A stretch of DNA of 48,773 nucleotides from Thermodesulfobacteriota bacterium (GCA_046753945.1 JBHHUW010000001.1:1-48773), one strand, 5' to 3'. Counted from the stretch's first letter, positions 26,647 through 34,602 are shown. The notes: generated by a model from the letters alone, not told the origin. A program made the numbers and translations.

Positions 26647-26675
26647 TTGACAGTCAGATAAATATATATTAAAGT
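26647..26675 (+). promoter_or_regulatory. sigma70-like promoter upstream of the SAM riboswitch
   Basis: TTGACA, 17-nt spacer, TAAAGT, about 25 nt before the aptamer P1. Confidence 0.5.
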
Positions 26676-26701
26676 TTCAGATACAATTGAATAAATGGAT
26701 A

Positions 26702-26864
26702 TCTTATCCAGAGTGGCGGAGGGACTGGCCCGATGAAACCACAGCAACCGGTGCTATTTAATAGTATGACAGGTGCTAAATCCAGCAGGGTTTTTGAAGA
26801 AAAAAACCCTGAAAGATAAGAAGATTTGCTGGAGACTCTTCTTATCAAAGAAGAGTTTTTTTTT
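26702..26864 (+). promoter_or_regulatory. SAM-I (S-box) riboswitch with terminator/antiterminator expression platform
   Basis: P1 is TCTTATC...GATAAGA. Conserved core: CAGAGTGGCGGAGGGACTGGCCCGATGAAACC...GCAACC...GGTGCTAAATCCAGCA. Terminator ACTCTTCTT-ATCA-AAGAAGAGT plus T9 at 26835-26864. GATAAGAAG (the P1 3' strand) is exactly complementary to CTTCTTATC in the terminator 5' arm. Confidence 0.9.
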
Positions 26865-26965
26865 GCCCTCAAGACTCCATCTGCTGTGCTGATGGAGAGC
26901 CCATGAGGACGAGGTAGTTGTCTTACCAACTATAGACGTAGAGTCACTCTACAGGAGATACTTAT

Positions 26966-28219
26966 ATGAAGTATATGAAAGGATTAAAGTGCAGGGAGTG
27001 CAGTAAGACATATCCGCTGGACCCCATCCATGTCTGCGAGTTATGTTTCGGCCCTCTTGAGGTTGAGTATGATTACGGTAATATAGGCAAGGTCCTTACC
27101 AGAGAACTTATTGAGAGCAGGGCGCCCAACATGTGGAGGTACAGGGAGCTTCTTCCCATAGAAGGCGACCCCACGGTAGGCAACAACTCGGGCTTTACCC
27201 CGCTGGTTAGGGCTTATAATCTGGGAGAGGCCCTGGGTGTAAAAGAGCTCTACCTTAAGAACGATGCCGTTAATTTTCCTACTCTCTCATTTAAGGACCG
27301 CGTAGTATCCGTGGCCATATCAAGGGCAAGAGAGATGGGCTTTGATGTTATTGCCTGCGCCTCTACGGGCAACCTTGCAAATTCCGTTGCCGCCAACTCC
27401 GCGGCATGCGGTCTTAGCAGCTATGTCTTTATCCCCTATGACCTTGAGCAGACCAAGATCACGGGGACCCTTGTCTACGGCACGAACCTCGTGGGCATAA
27501 AGGGCACCTATGACGAGGTGAACAGGCTCTGCAGCGAGATAGGCGGTAAATACGGCTGGGCCTTTGTGAACATCAACATAAGACCCTTTTATGCCGAGGG
27601 CTCAAAGACCTTTGGTTATGAGATAGCCGAGCAGCTTGGCTGGAAACTCCCCCAACATGTAATCGTGCCCATGGCCGGCGGTTCCCTTATTACCAAGATT
27701 GCAAAGGCCTTTAAGGAGTTCAAGAACCTTGGTTTTGTAGATAGTCCTCCGGCCAGGATTTACGGCGCCCAGGCTACGGGCTGTGCCCCTATTGTAACGG
27801 CTGTAAAGGAGAAGACCGAGCTTCTGCGCCCGGTAAAACCTGATACCATTGCCAAATCACTTGCCATAGGCAACCCTGCCGACGGCTTTTACTCGGCAAA
27901 GACCATTCGCGAAAGTAATGGCTGGGCCGAGGACGTATCAGACGATGAAATTGTAGACTCCATGAAGCTCCTTGCCGAGACAGAGGGCATATTCGCCGAG
28001 ACCGCCGGAGGAGTTACCCTCGGTGTAACAAAAAAACTTATTGAGCAGGGCCGCATTCCCCGTGACGAGTCCATAGTGGTCTCCATTACAGGTAATGGCC
28101 TTAAGACCCAGGAGGCTCTCGTTGGAAAAATTGCCGCTCCTCCTGTTATAGAGGCGAGACTTGCCGACTTTGACGACCTTGTAAACGGCGGCAAGGTGAA
28201 AAAAGCCGTGGCAAAGTAG
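26966..28219 (+). CDS. threonine synthase-family PLP enzyme with N-terminal zinc ribbon (candidate O-phosphohomoserine-dependent homocysteine synthase)
   Basis: CRECSKTY...CELCFG zinc ribbon, FPTLSFKDR PLP-lysine motif, and ASTGNLANS. It is the first gene after the SAM-I riboswitch. Confidence 0.8.
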   Translation: MKYMKGLKCRECSKTYPLDPIHVCELCFGPLEVEYDYGNIGKVLTRELIESRAPNMWRYRELLPIEGDPTVGNNSGFTPLVRAYNLGEALGVKELYLKNDAVNFPTLSFKDRVVSVAISRAREMGFDVIACASTGNLANSVAANSAACGLSSYVFIPYDLEQTKITGTLVYGTNLVGIKGTYDEVNRLCSEIGGKYGWAFVNINIRPFYAEGSKTFGYEIAEQLGWKLPQHVIVPMAGGSLITKIAKAFKEFKNLGFVDSPPARIYGAQATGCAPIVTAVKEKTELLRPVKPDTIAKSLAIGNPADGFYSAKTIRESNGWAEDVSDDEIVDSMKLLAETEGIFAETAGGVTLGVTKKLIEQGRIPRDESIVVSITGNGLKTQEALVGKIAAPPVIEARLADFDDLVNGGKVKKAVAK

Positions 28220-28384
28220 CGGCAGGTGAGGGGTAGAGCGGAGCGGAGCAAAAATCCCTTTATGAGGCTTTTATTGTAAAGAGGGGCATTACTCTGGTAT
28301 CATATAAGGATAAACATTAACCATACTACTTCCCCCCCCTTTTTTTTTGTAGTTGAGGGGGGCTTTTTCAAGGAGGCTCTTTAA

Positions 28385-29374
28385 ATGACAGACCATTATA
28401 TAGAAGATAAGACCAATAAGGTGGACCTTGATCTTGAGAAACTCAAGGGTAAGGTTAACTTTAATGACCTTAAGTCCGGCGGGTTCATAAAGCAGAGGCA
28501 AAAGGACCTCTTTACCGTAAGGCTGCGCTGTCCCGGCGGCAGGATGACTACGGAAAAACTTGTGGAGATATCAAAGCTTGCTGAAAAATACAGTAAAGAA
28601 GGCGTGGTGCACTTTAGCTACCGCCAGTCCCTTGAGATATTATATGTGGACTACAAGGACTTTCACGCACTTGTGGCAGAGCTTGAAAAAATTGGCCAGA
28701 AGGTTGCCTCCTGCGGGCCCCGTGTGCGTGTGCCCACTGCCTGCGGCGGCTGCGAGTACAACCCCAATGGTCTTATAGACGCCCAGGCCATGGCCCGTAT
28801 GGTAGATGAAAAGTACTTTGGAACAGAGACCCCTCATAAGTTCAAGACCTCTTTCTCGGGCTGTCCAATTGATTGCTCAAGGACTGTGGAGATGGACCTT
28901 GGCTTTCAGGGCGTTGTAGACCCCGAATGGGTTCAGGACCTCTGCACTGGCTGCACTATCTGCGCCGAGGCCTGTAAAGAGGGGGCCATTGTGGCCCACC
29001 CTGATACAGGGGAACCTATCTTCAATGTAAATAAATGCCTCTACTGCGCCGACTGCATAAGGGCCTGCCCCACGGAGGCCTGGGTCCCCAGGCGTCACGG
29101 TTTTATGGTGCGCGTAGGCGGCAAACATGGCCGCCATCCACTGGAAGGCGTTGAGGTCTGCCGTTTTCTGCCCGAGGAAAAGGTAAGCGATGCCATAGAT
29201 ATGACCGTAAAGTGGTATCAGGCAAATGGTAATAGTTTCGAGAGGATAGGAAGCGTGCTGCAGAGGCTGGGCATGGATGATTACATGAAGCACATGGCCC
29301 CGGTATTTGGCGATATGGCCGTAGTGCCGGAGCATCCGCCAACAGATAGGCCGTTAATCGACCTTGAGGATTGA
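28385..29374 (+). CDS. small sulfite/nitrite reductase-like protein with inserted 2x[4Fe-4S] ferredoxin domain (DsrA/B/AsrC-like architecture)
   Basis: NiR/SiR ferredoxin-like repeat (FTVRLRCPGGRMTTEKL), SGCPIDC (CxxxC sirohaem/FeS motif), CTGCTICAEAC and CLYCADCIRACP ferredoxin motifs. AAGGAGG RBS. Confidence 0.7.
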   Translation: MTDHYIEDKTNKVDLDLEKLKGKVNFNDLKSGGFIKQRQKDLFTVRLRCPGGRMTTEKLVEISKLAEKYSKEGVVHFSYRQSLEILYVDYKDFHALVAELEKIGQKVASCGPRVRVPTACGGCEYNPNGLIDAQAMARMVDEKYFGTETPHKFKTSFSGCPIDCSRTVEMDLGFQGVVDPEWVQDLCTGCTICAEACKEGAIVAHPDTGEPIFNVNKCLYCADCIRACPTEAWVPRRHGFMVRVGGKHGRHPLEGVEVCRFLPEEKVSDAIDMTVKWYQANGNSFERIGSVLQRLGMDDYMKHMAPVFGDMAVVPEHPPTDRPLIDLED

Positions 29375-29475
29375 GAAGGGCGTGGGGGCGCGGACCCAAA
29401 GACATGTGATACATGGGGGAAAAACCCTCTTTAAGGCATAACGGCAAAAAAAAACAATGTAATACAGAGGAAGAT

Positions 29476-29715
29476 ATGAGCGATTTAGAGGCAAAGGAAA
29501 GTGTTGATCTACGCGGGGTGCTCTGCCCCACCAATTTTGTAAAGACAAAGCTAAAGCTTGAGAACATGGAGCCCGGTGAACTCCTTGAGGTAGTACTTGA
29601 TGCCGGTGAGCCCATTGCAAACGTGCCAAAGAGCGTTAAGGAAGAAGGGCATAAGATAGTCAAGGTAACAAAGGATGACGGCTTCTTCAAAATTCTCATA
29701 GAAGTAGCCGGGTAA
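29476..29715 (+). CDS. TusA/SirA-like sulfurtransferase
   Basis: DLRGVLCP active-site Cys-Pro motif near the N-terminus, ~79 aa. Internal ATG with a GAGGAAG RBS preferred over the ORF-track start. Confidence 0.75.
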   Translation: MSDLEAKESVDLRGVLCPTNFVKTKLKLENMEPGELLEVVLDAGEPIANVPKSVKEEGHKIVKVTKDDGFFKILIEVAG

Positions 29716-29743
29716 CCTTAAATCAATTAAGCAGGAGGGGACA

Positions 29744-30028
29744 ATGAGTGTAAAGGTGAGGATACCAACACCGCTACGCAAGATAACAAAGGACCAGGAT
29801 GAGGTCGTGGCCGAGGGAACAAATGTCACCGAGGTTATAGAAGACCTTGAGAAGAACTACCCCGGGCTCAAAGAGAGAATCTGCGAGGACGACGGAAACC
29901 TCCGCCGCTTTGTAAACCTCTATCTCAATGACGAGGACATACGCTTCAAGGATAACCTCAGTACCGCTGTTGCCGATAATGACGAACTCTCCATTATCCC
30001 GGCCATAGCAGGCGGAGGTAAGCCTTGA
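29744..30028 (+). CDS. CysO/ThiS/MoaD-family sulfur-carrier protein with C-terminal GG-GKP extension
   Basis: 94-aa beta-grasp-like protein. RFVNLYLNDEDIRF...LSIIPAIAGGGKP: a Gly-Gly C-terminus followed by extra residues. Confidence 0.8.
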   Translation: MSVKVRIPTPLRKITKDQDEVVAEGTNVTEVIEDLEKNYPGLKERICEDDGNLRRFVNLYLNDEDIRFKDNLSTAVADNDELSIIPAIAGGGKP

Positions 30029-30261
30029 AAAGAAAGGTCTATCTTACTTATCCGCCGGAGAAGGTGAAGGAGCCCCTGCTATGTCAGTGTGTGAAAAAGT
30101 TCAATGTTCTCACTAACGTAAGGCAGGCCTCTGTTACGGATAAGATAGGGATTGTGGCCCTTGAGCTCGAGGGTGAGCCCGGTGAGATAGAAAAAGCCAT
30201 TGATTTTTTTACTGAAAATGGCGTAAAGGTGGAGCCTATTGAGATGAATATTATAGAGTAG
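30025..30261 (+). CDS. stand-alone NIL domain protein
   Basis: 78 aa matching the MetN C-terminal NIL pattern (LTYPPEKVKEPLLCQCVKKFNVLTNVRQASV...GIVALELEGEPGEIEKAIDFFTENGVKVE). TTG start inside a TTGA overlap with the carrier gene stop. Confidence 0.65.
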   Translation: MKRKVYLTYPPEKVKEPLLCQCVKKFNVLTNVRQASVTDKIGIVALELEGEPGEIEKAIDFFTENGVKVEPIEMNIIE

Positions 30262-30404
30262 CCGCATAGAGTAGCCGCGCTCTGCCGTTTATATCCGCCA
30301 CATTTTCGCCCCTTGCCGGGATAAAGCTCTATTTATTTTTGGCAAGGGCCCTCTCTTATATGCCTTAAGTATGCTTTTTCCCTCTAAATTTGCGTAGATT
30401 ATTC

Positions 30405-30431
30405 TTGACAAACGTACTAAGGTATTATAAT
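30405..30431 (+). promoter_or_regulatory. sigma70-like promoter upstream of the cysM-like gene
   Basis: Perfect TTGACA and TATAAT, but only a 15-nt spacer (alternative registers give ATAATT at 16 nt). Confidence 0.45.
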
Positions 30432-30535
30432 TTATAAACTTGATGTTTTTACTAAAGTAATAGAAATACCTTATAAAAAAAGGGGTTTTACATGGAATCT
30501 CTATTATTGGTCCAATATTACGGGTGAGGTCTTTA

Positions 30536-31495
30536 ATGAGTAAGCATAATACATTGCAGAGCATTTCAGAGGAAGACGGACCATCGGCCGGTAAGGCCAG
30601 GTTCTCTGCCCTTGAACTTGTAGGCAATACGCCTCTTGTGAGGATAAACAGGATAACAAAAGACCTTCCCGGCGGTGTTGAGATATACGCCAAACTGGAG
30701 TCCTGCAATCACGGCGGCTCTGTAAAAGACAGGCCGGCGCTGCGCATGATAGAGGACGCGGAAAAGAGCGGGCGCCTTACAAAGGAAAAGATAATACTGG
30801 ACTCCACCTCAGGTAATACGGGCATTGCCTACGCCTGGATAGGCGCTGTAAAGAACCATCGCGTGGAACTCGTAGTCCCTGAGAACGTAAGCTCGGAGCG
30901 AAAGAAAATACTTGACGCCTTTGGAGCCAGGGTGATTTTTTCAAGCCCCTTTGAGGGGTCTGACGGCGCTATCCGCCTTGCCTGGAAACTCTACGTGGAT
31001 AACCCGGAAAAATACTGTAAGCTCGACCAGTATAATAATCCCTCAAACCCCCTTGCCCATTATTACGGCACAGGGCTTGAGATAATAGAGCAGACAAGCG
31101 GCGCAATTACCCACTTTGCTACTACCATTGGAACAGGCGGCACCATAATGGGGACCATGCGAAGGCTGAAAGAATTTAACAACAAGATCAAGGTCATCGC
31201 CATAGAGCCCGATAACCCCATGCATGGACTTGAGGGACTTAAACATATGGAGTCCTCCATAGTGCCGGGTATCTATCATGAGGCCTCACTTGACGGTAAG
31301 GTCCAGGCTTCTACAGAAGAGTCATATGAGATGACCAAGAGGCTCGCAAGAGAAGAGGGTCTGCTTGTGGGCCAGTCATCGGGCGCTGCCATGCTCGGAG
31401 CCCTTGAGGTGGCAAGGGGGCTTAAAAAAGGCATTGTAGTAACTATCTTCCCCGACGGCGGAGATAAATATCTCTCCACACGTCTCTGGGAATAG
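30536..31495 (+). CDS. cysM: cysteine synthase B-like PLP enzyme (CysM/CysK family)
   Basis: GNTPLVRINR, GGSVKDR (PLP lysine), TSGNTGIA, TIGTGGT and QSSGAA motifs. Confidence 0.85.
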   Translation: MSKHNTLQSISEEDGPSAGKARFSALELVGNTPLVRINRITKDLPGGVEIYAKLESCNHGGSVKDRPALRMIEDAEKSGRLTKEKIILDSTSGNTGIAYAWIGAVKNHRVELVVPENVSSERKKILDAFGARVIFSSPFEGSDGAIRLAWKLYVDNPEKYCKLDQYNNPSNPLAHYYGTGLEIIEQTSGAITHFATTIGTGGTIMGTMRRLKEFNNKIKVIAIEPDNPMHGLEGLKHMESSIVPGIYHEASLDGKVQASTEESYEMTKRLAREEGLLVGQSSGAAMLGALEVARGLKKGIVVTIFPDGGDKYLSTRLWE

Positions 31496-31838
31496 GACCG
31501 GGGCGGTCCGGCCGCTGAGAGGGGCTGAGAAAGCGGGCTGAGAGGGGGTCTTCCTGAAGAGCCGGGAGCCGGTGGGATAGAGAAGTCTGCCGGGGTTTTT
31601 GGTTGAGATTGAGTTTTTTTATATATCGTACATTGGGGAGACTTACAGGACAAATTATCAGCTCTTTCTTCTGCCTTAAACTTTTTTTGTTCTGAGATAT
31701 TTCTTTGATGTATTTTTAAACGCTCTTAAAGAGGGTGCTTTTTTTAAGGCCCTTTTCATTTATTACAATAACGGATTTTTTGCTCTTAAATGTGAACAAA
31801 ATCTATTAACTCAAAAAAAACAACTTAAGGGGTAAGTC

Positions 31839-32303
31839 ATGGGTCTGCTCTCAAAGTTCAAGAAAAAAGATAAATTAAGAGTTCCCGAGGACGTCTATAA
31901 CGTTATCATTGAGCATGTAAAAGAGGAGTATCCCCATGAGTGCTGCGGAGTGCTCATAGGCAACGCCATGATGGGAGGAAGAAAAATATTCTACGTTGAG
32001 AAATGTACTAACCTCAACCGCGAGAGGGCCCATGACAGGTACATGATGGACCCCATGGAGATAAACCTGGCGGACAAAGGCGCCCGTTCTCAGTCCCTGG
32101 AGCTGATGGGTTTTTATCACTCCCATCCGGACCACCCGGAGAGCCCCTCGGAGTATGATCGCGAGATGGCCCAGCCGGGCTACTCCTATATAATAGTCTC
32201 CGTTAAAGGCGGCACCGAGGTCACCATGAAGTCCTGGACCTTTGATGAGGAAGATGAACCCTTCAGGGAAGAGCCTCTGGAAATTGCTAAACCGGCTAAG
32301 TAA
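31839..32303 (+). CDS. JAMM/MPN+ metalloprotease (Mec+/HcyD-like)
   Basis: Upstream Glu (HECCG) and an exact HSHPDHPESPSEYD match to HxHx7Sx2D. Confidence 0.85.
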   Translation: MGLLSKFKKKDKLRVPEDVYNVIIEHVKEEYPHECCGVLIGNAMMGGRKIFYVEKCTNLNRERAHDRYMMDPMEINLADKGARSQSLELMGFYHSHPDHPESPSEYDREMAQPGYSYIIVSVKGGTEVTMKSWTFDEEDEPFREEPLEIAKPAK

Positions 32304-32455
32304 AGACCCCGCAAGGGGGCGTGAGGGCAGGGGAGAGGCCCTATACTCTTAAGATTTTTTTACAGGCTAATGCCTTTACTTCTTAGTGCCGGGGTCTTCA
32401 CCGCCGGCCTGCAGAGTAAAGAGGCCTTTTTTTTATGAAGGGGGTTTGAGAGAAG

Positions 32456-33271
32456 ATGGACTTTACAGACGAGCAGATAGAGCGTTACTCAAGACACATA
32501 ATACTACCCGAGGTAGGGGGAAAAGGACAGGCAAAGCTTCTTGAGAGCAAGGTTTTTGTCCTTGGAGCCGGCGGCCTTGGTTCTCCGGCGCTTCTGTACC
32601 TTGCCGCCGCGGGAGTAGGCACTATTGGTTTTGCCGACGGCGATGTAGTGGATGTTAGTAATCTGCAGCGCCAGATAATACACAACAACAATACCGTTGG
32701 CATGCCAAAGGTAAAGAGCGCTCGGCAGAGTATAGAGGCCCTTAACCCCGATGTTGTGGTGCAGCCTTTTGAGGGCCGTCTTGGGACGGAGAATATCCGT
32801 GAGGTGATAAGCGGTTATGACGTGGTCCTTGACGGCTCGGATAATTTTCCTACCCGTTACCTCATGAACGACGCCTCTTTCTTTGAGGGCAAGACCCTTG
32901 TATCAGGCAGTATGTTCAGGTTTGACGGTCAGGTCTCCGTATTTAAGCCCCATGAAGGCCAGCCCTGCTACAGGTGCCTCTACCCGGAGCCTCCGCCCCA
33001 GGGCATGGTGCCCAGCTGTCAGGAGGCCGGGGTCCTTGGCGCCCTTGCCGGCGTAATCGGAGTCCTGCAGGCCGTTGAGGCCATAAAAGAGGTACTCTCT
33101 ATTGGAAAGTCCCTTGCCGGAGAGCTCCTCATATTCGATGCCCTTGGCATGAACTTTCGTAAAGTAAAGGTGCGTAGAGACCCTGAGTGCGCGCTCTGCG
33201 GCGAAGGCGAAAAGGCTACCATCAAGGAACTTGCCCTCTATGAACAGGCCCCCTGCGAGCTCCGTTCCTGA
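32456..33271 (+). CDS. ThiF/MoeB/HesA-family E1-like adenylyltransferase (no rhodanese domain)
   Basis: RYSRHIILPEVG, GAGGLGSP nucleotide loop, DVSNLQRQ, and CYRC...CALC zinc cysteines. 271 aa. Confidence 0.85.
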   Translation: MDFTDEQIERYSRHIILPEVGGKGQAKLLESKVFVLGAGGLGSPALLYLAAAGVGTIGFADGDVVDVSNLQRQIIHNNNTVGMPKVKSARQSIEALNPDVVVQPFEGRLGTENIREVISGYDVVLDGSDNFPTRYLMNDASFFEGKTLVSGSMFRFDGQVSVFKPHEGQPCYRCLYPEPPPQGMVPSCQEAGVLGALAGVIGVLQAVEAIKEVLSIGKSLAGELLIFDALGMNFRKVKVRRDPECALCGEGEKATIKELALYEQAPCELRS

Positions 33272-33291
33272 CCGGGGCCGGGCGCGCTGTA

Positions 33292-34581
33292 TTGTACTTT
33301 AGAGGCAGGCCTTATGCAGGAAGAGGGGGCCAAAGAGAGGCGGGGCAGTCACCTATTTTGAAAAACCGGAATTATTTTAATAACCCCGGGGCATTGAAGA
33401 TAGACCTCATGCTCCGGGGCGCGGCAATAGAAGACCCGGAGGCCAGGGCCAGGGCCTGCGGAGCCACGGGTATAGATATACTCTTGCCGCAGAAGGTCCT
33501 TGTCAATATACCCTGCGAAGACTGGTTTACAGTACGGTCGCCTTACGTTATAAAAAAGGCCGCCGGTAAAAAGGGGTATATCCTTACTAACGGCAGTGAG
33601 AGTGTGGCGGTAAGTATCCTCGATCCGCCGGAGTTTTACACCCGCAAGACCGCTTCAGGCGTACGTTTTGGCGATATCGCCGTAACCCACGGGAGTTACA
33701 CCGTTATAACTCCCGACAAGAGGTGCGGTTTTTTTAAATCCAGCGCCCAGTGCCGCTACTGCGCCGGCAACTTCAGCAGAGACGCCTCCGAGGCTGATGC
33801 GCCCGTCTATACGGTGGAAGAGGTCCTTGAGACCGCAGGGGCCGTATTGAAAGAAAAGGCCTCTGGCATTATCTACCTCTCTATTGGTTTTAGCGAGGGT
33901 GATGACGGTGGAATCAAATTCCTCGAGCCTTACGTAAGGGCCATTAAGTCCCACTTTAACTGCCTTGTAGCCGTAGAGGCCCTGCCTCCGGCAAGTAACG
34001 AGTGGATAGAGAGGGCCTACGCCTTTGGCGTTGACTCCATGCTCTATAACCTGGATATCTTTGACAAGGAACTTTTTTCCGTCATCTGTCCCGGAAGGGC
34101 CGGGCTTATTGGAAGACAGAGGACCCTTGATGCCCTGAAATACGCCGCAGGTATCTTTCCCAGCGGCACAGTGGCCTCGCACCTCATTGTAGGGCTCGAA
34201 CCACCGGGCTCAACGATTCAGGGTATTGATTTTCTAACAGATTCCGGGGTTGTGCCCATACTGCCTATTTTTCGCCCCTCACGTGAGAGGCCCCTTGATG
34301 TTACGGACCTTGAGGCAGAGGTCATTATCCCGGTCTATCAGCACCTTTACAGGACGCTGAAGAAGAAGGGTATAAATTTTAACTGGGTACGTGATATAAG
34401 CATGGTCACTACCCCTGTAGAGGGAGGATACCTGCTTACAGATGAAGATGGCGCGCCGTCGCTCCTTGATAATTTTTACGATTCAAGGCTCGGTATGAAG
34501 GCGGCCTGGGGGCTAAGTGCCCTTCGAAGACGGCTAAGGGTAAAAAAGACGCCAAAGGAGGACCCTCCTGAGGGGTCATAG
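33292..34581 (+). CDS. radical-SAM-like (BioB/ThiH-like TIM-barrel pattern) protein with non-canonical Cys motif; start uncertain (ATG at 33409 possible)
   Basis: CGFFKSSAQCRYCAG (C-x8-C-x2-C, with Ser where the first Cys of CX3CX2C would be). Then SIGFSEGDDGG, NLDIFDKELF and HLIVGLE, resembling radical-SAM strand motifs. Starts 20 nt after thiF-like. Confidence 0.45.
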   Translation: MYFRGRPYAGRGGQREAGQSPILKNRNYFNNPGALKIDLMLRGAAIEDPEARARACGATGIDILLPQKVLVNIPCEDWFTVRSPYVIKKAAGKKGYILTNGSESVAVSILDPPEFYTRKTASGVRFGDIAVTHGSYTVITPDKRCGFFKSSAQCRYCAGNFSRDASEADAPVYTVEEVLETAGAVLKEKASGIIYLSIGFSEGDDGGIKFLEPYVRAIKSHFNCLVAVEALPPASNEWIERAYAFGVDSMLYNLDIFDKELFSVICPGRAGLIGRQRTLDALKYAAGIFPSGTVASHLIVGLEPPGSTIQGIDFLTDSGVVPILPIFRPSRERPLDVTDLEAEVIIPVYQHLYRTLKKKGINFNWVRDISMVTTPVEGGYLLTDEDGAPSLLDNFYDSRLGMKAAWGLSALRRRLRVKKTPKEDPPEGS

Positions 34582-34602
34582 ATGTCCTAAGGGAGTTGTC
34601 CC

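Noticed and set aside
26669-26929. 86-aa minus-strand ORF between the ABC-2 permease and the ThrC-like gene.
   Set aside because: The region is fully explained by the + strand SAM-I riboswitch and its terminator.
30289-30708. 139-aa minus-strand ORF upstream of and overlapping the cysM-like start.
   Set aside because: It spans an AT-rich promoter region and the 5' end of a well-supported gene. There are no domain features.
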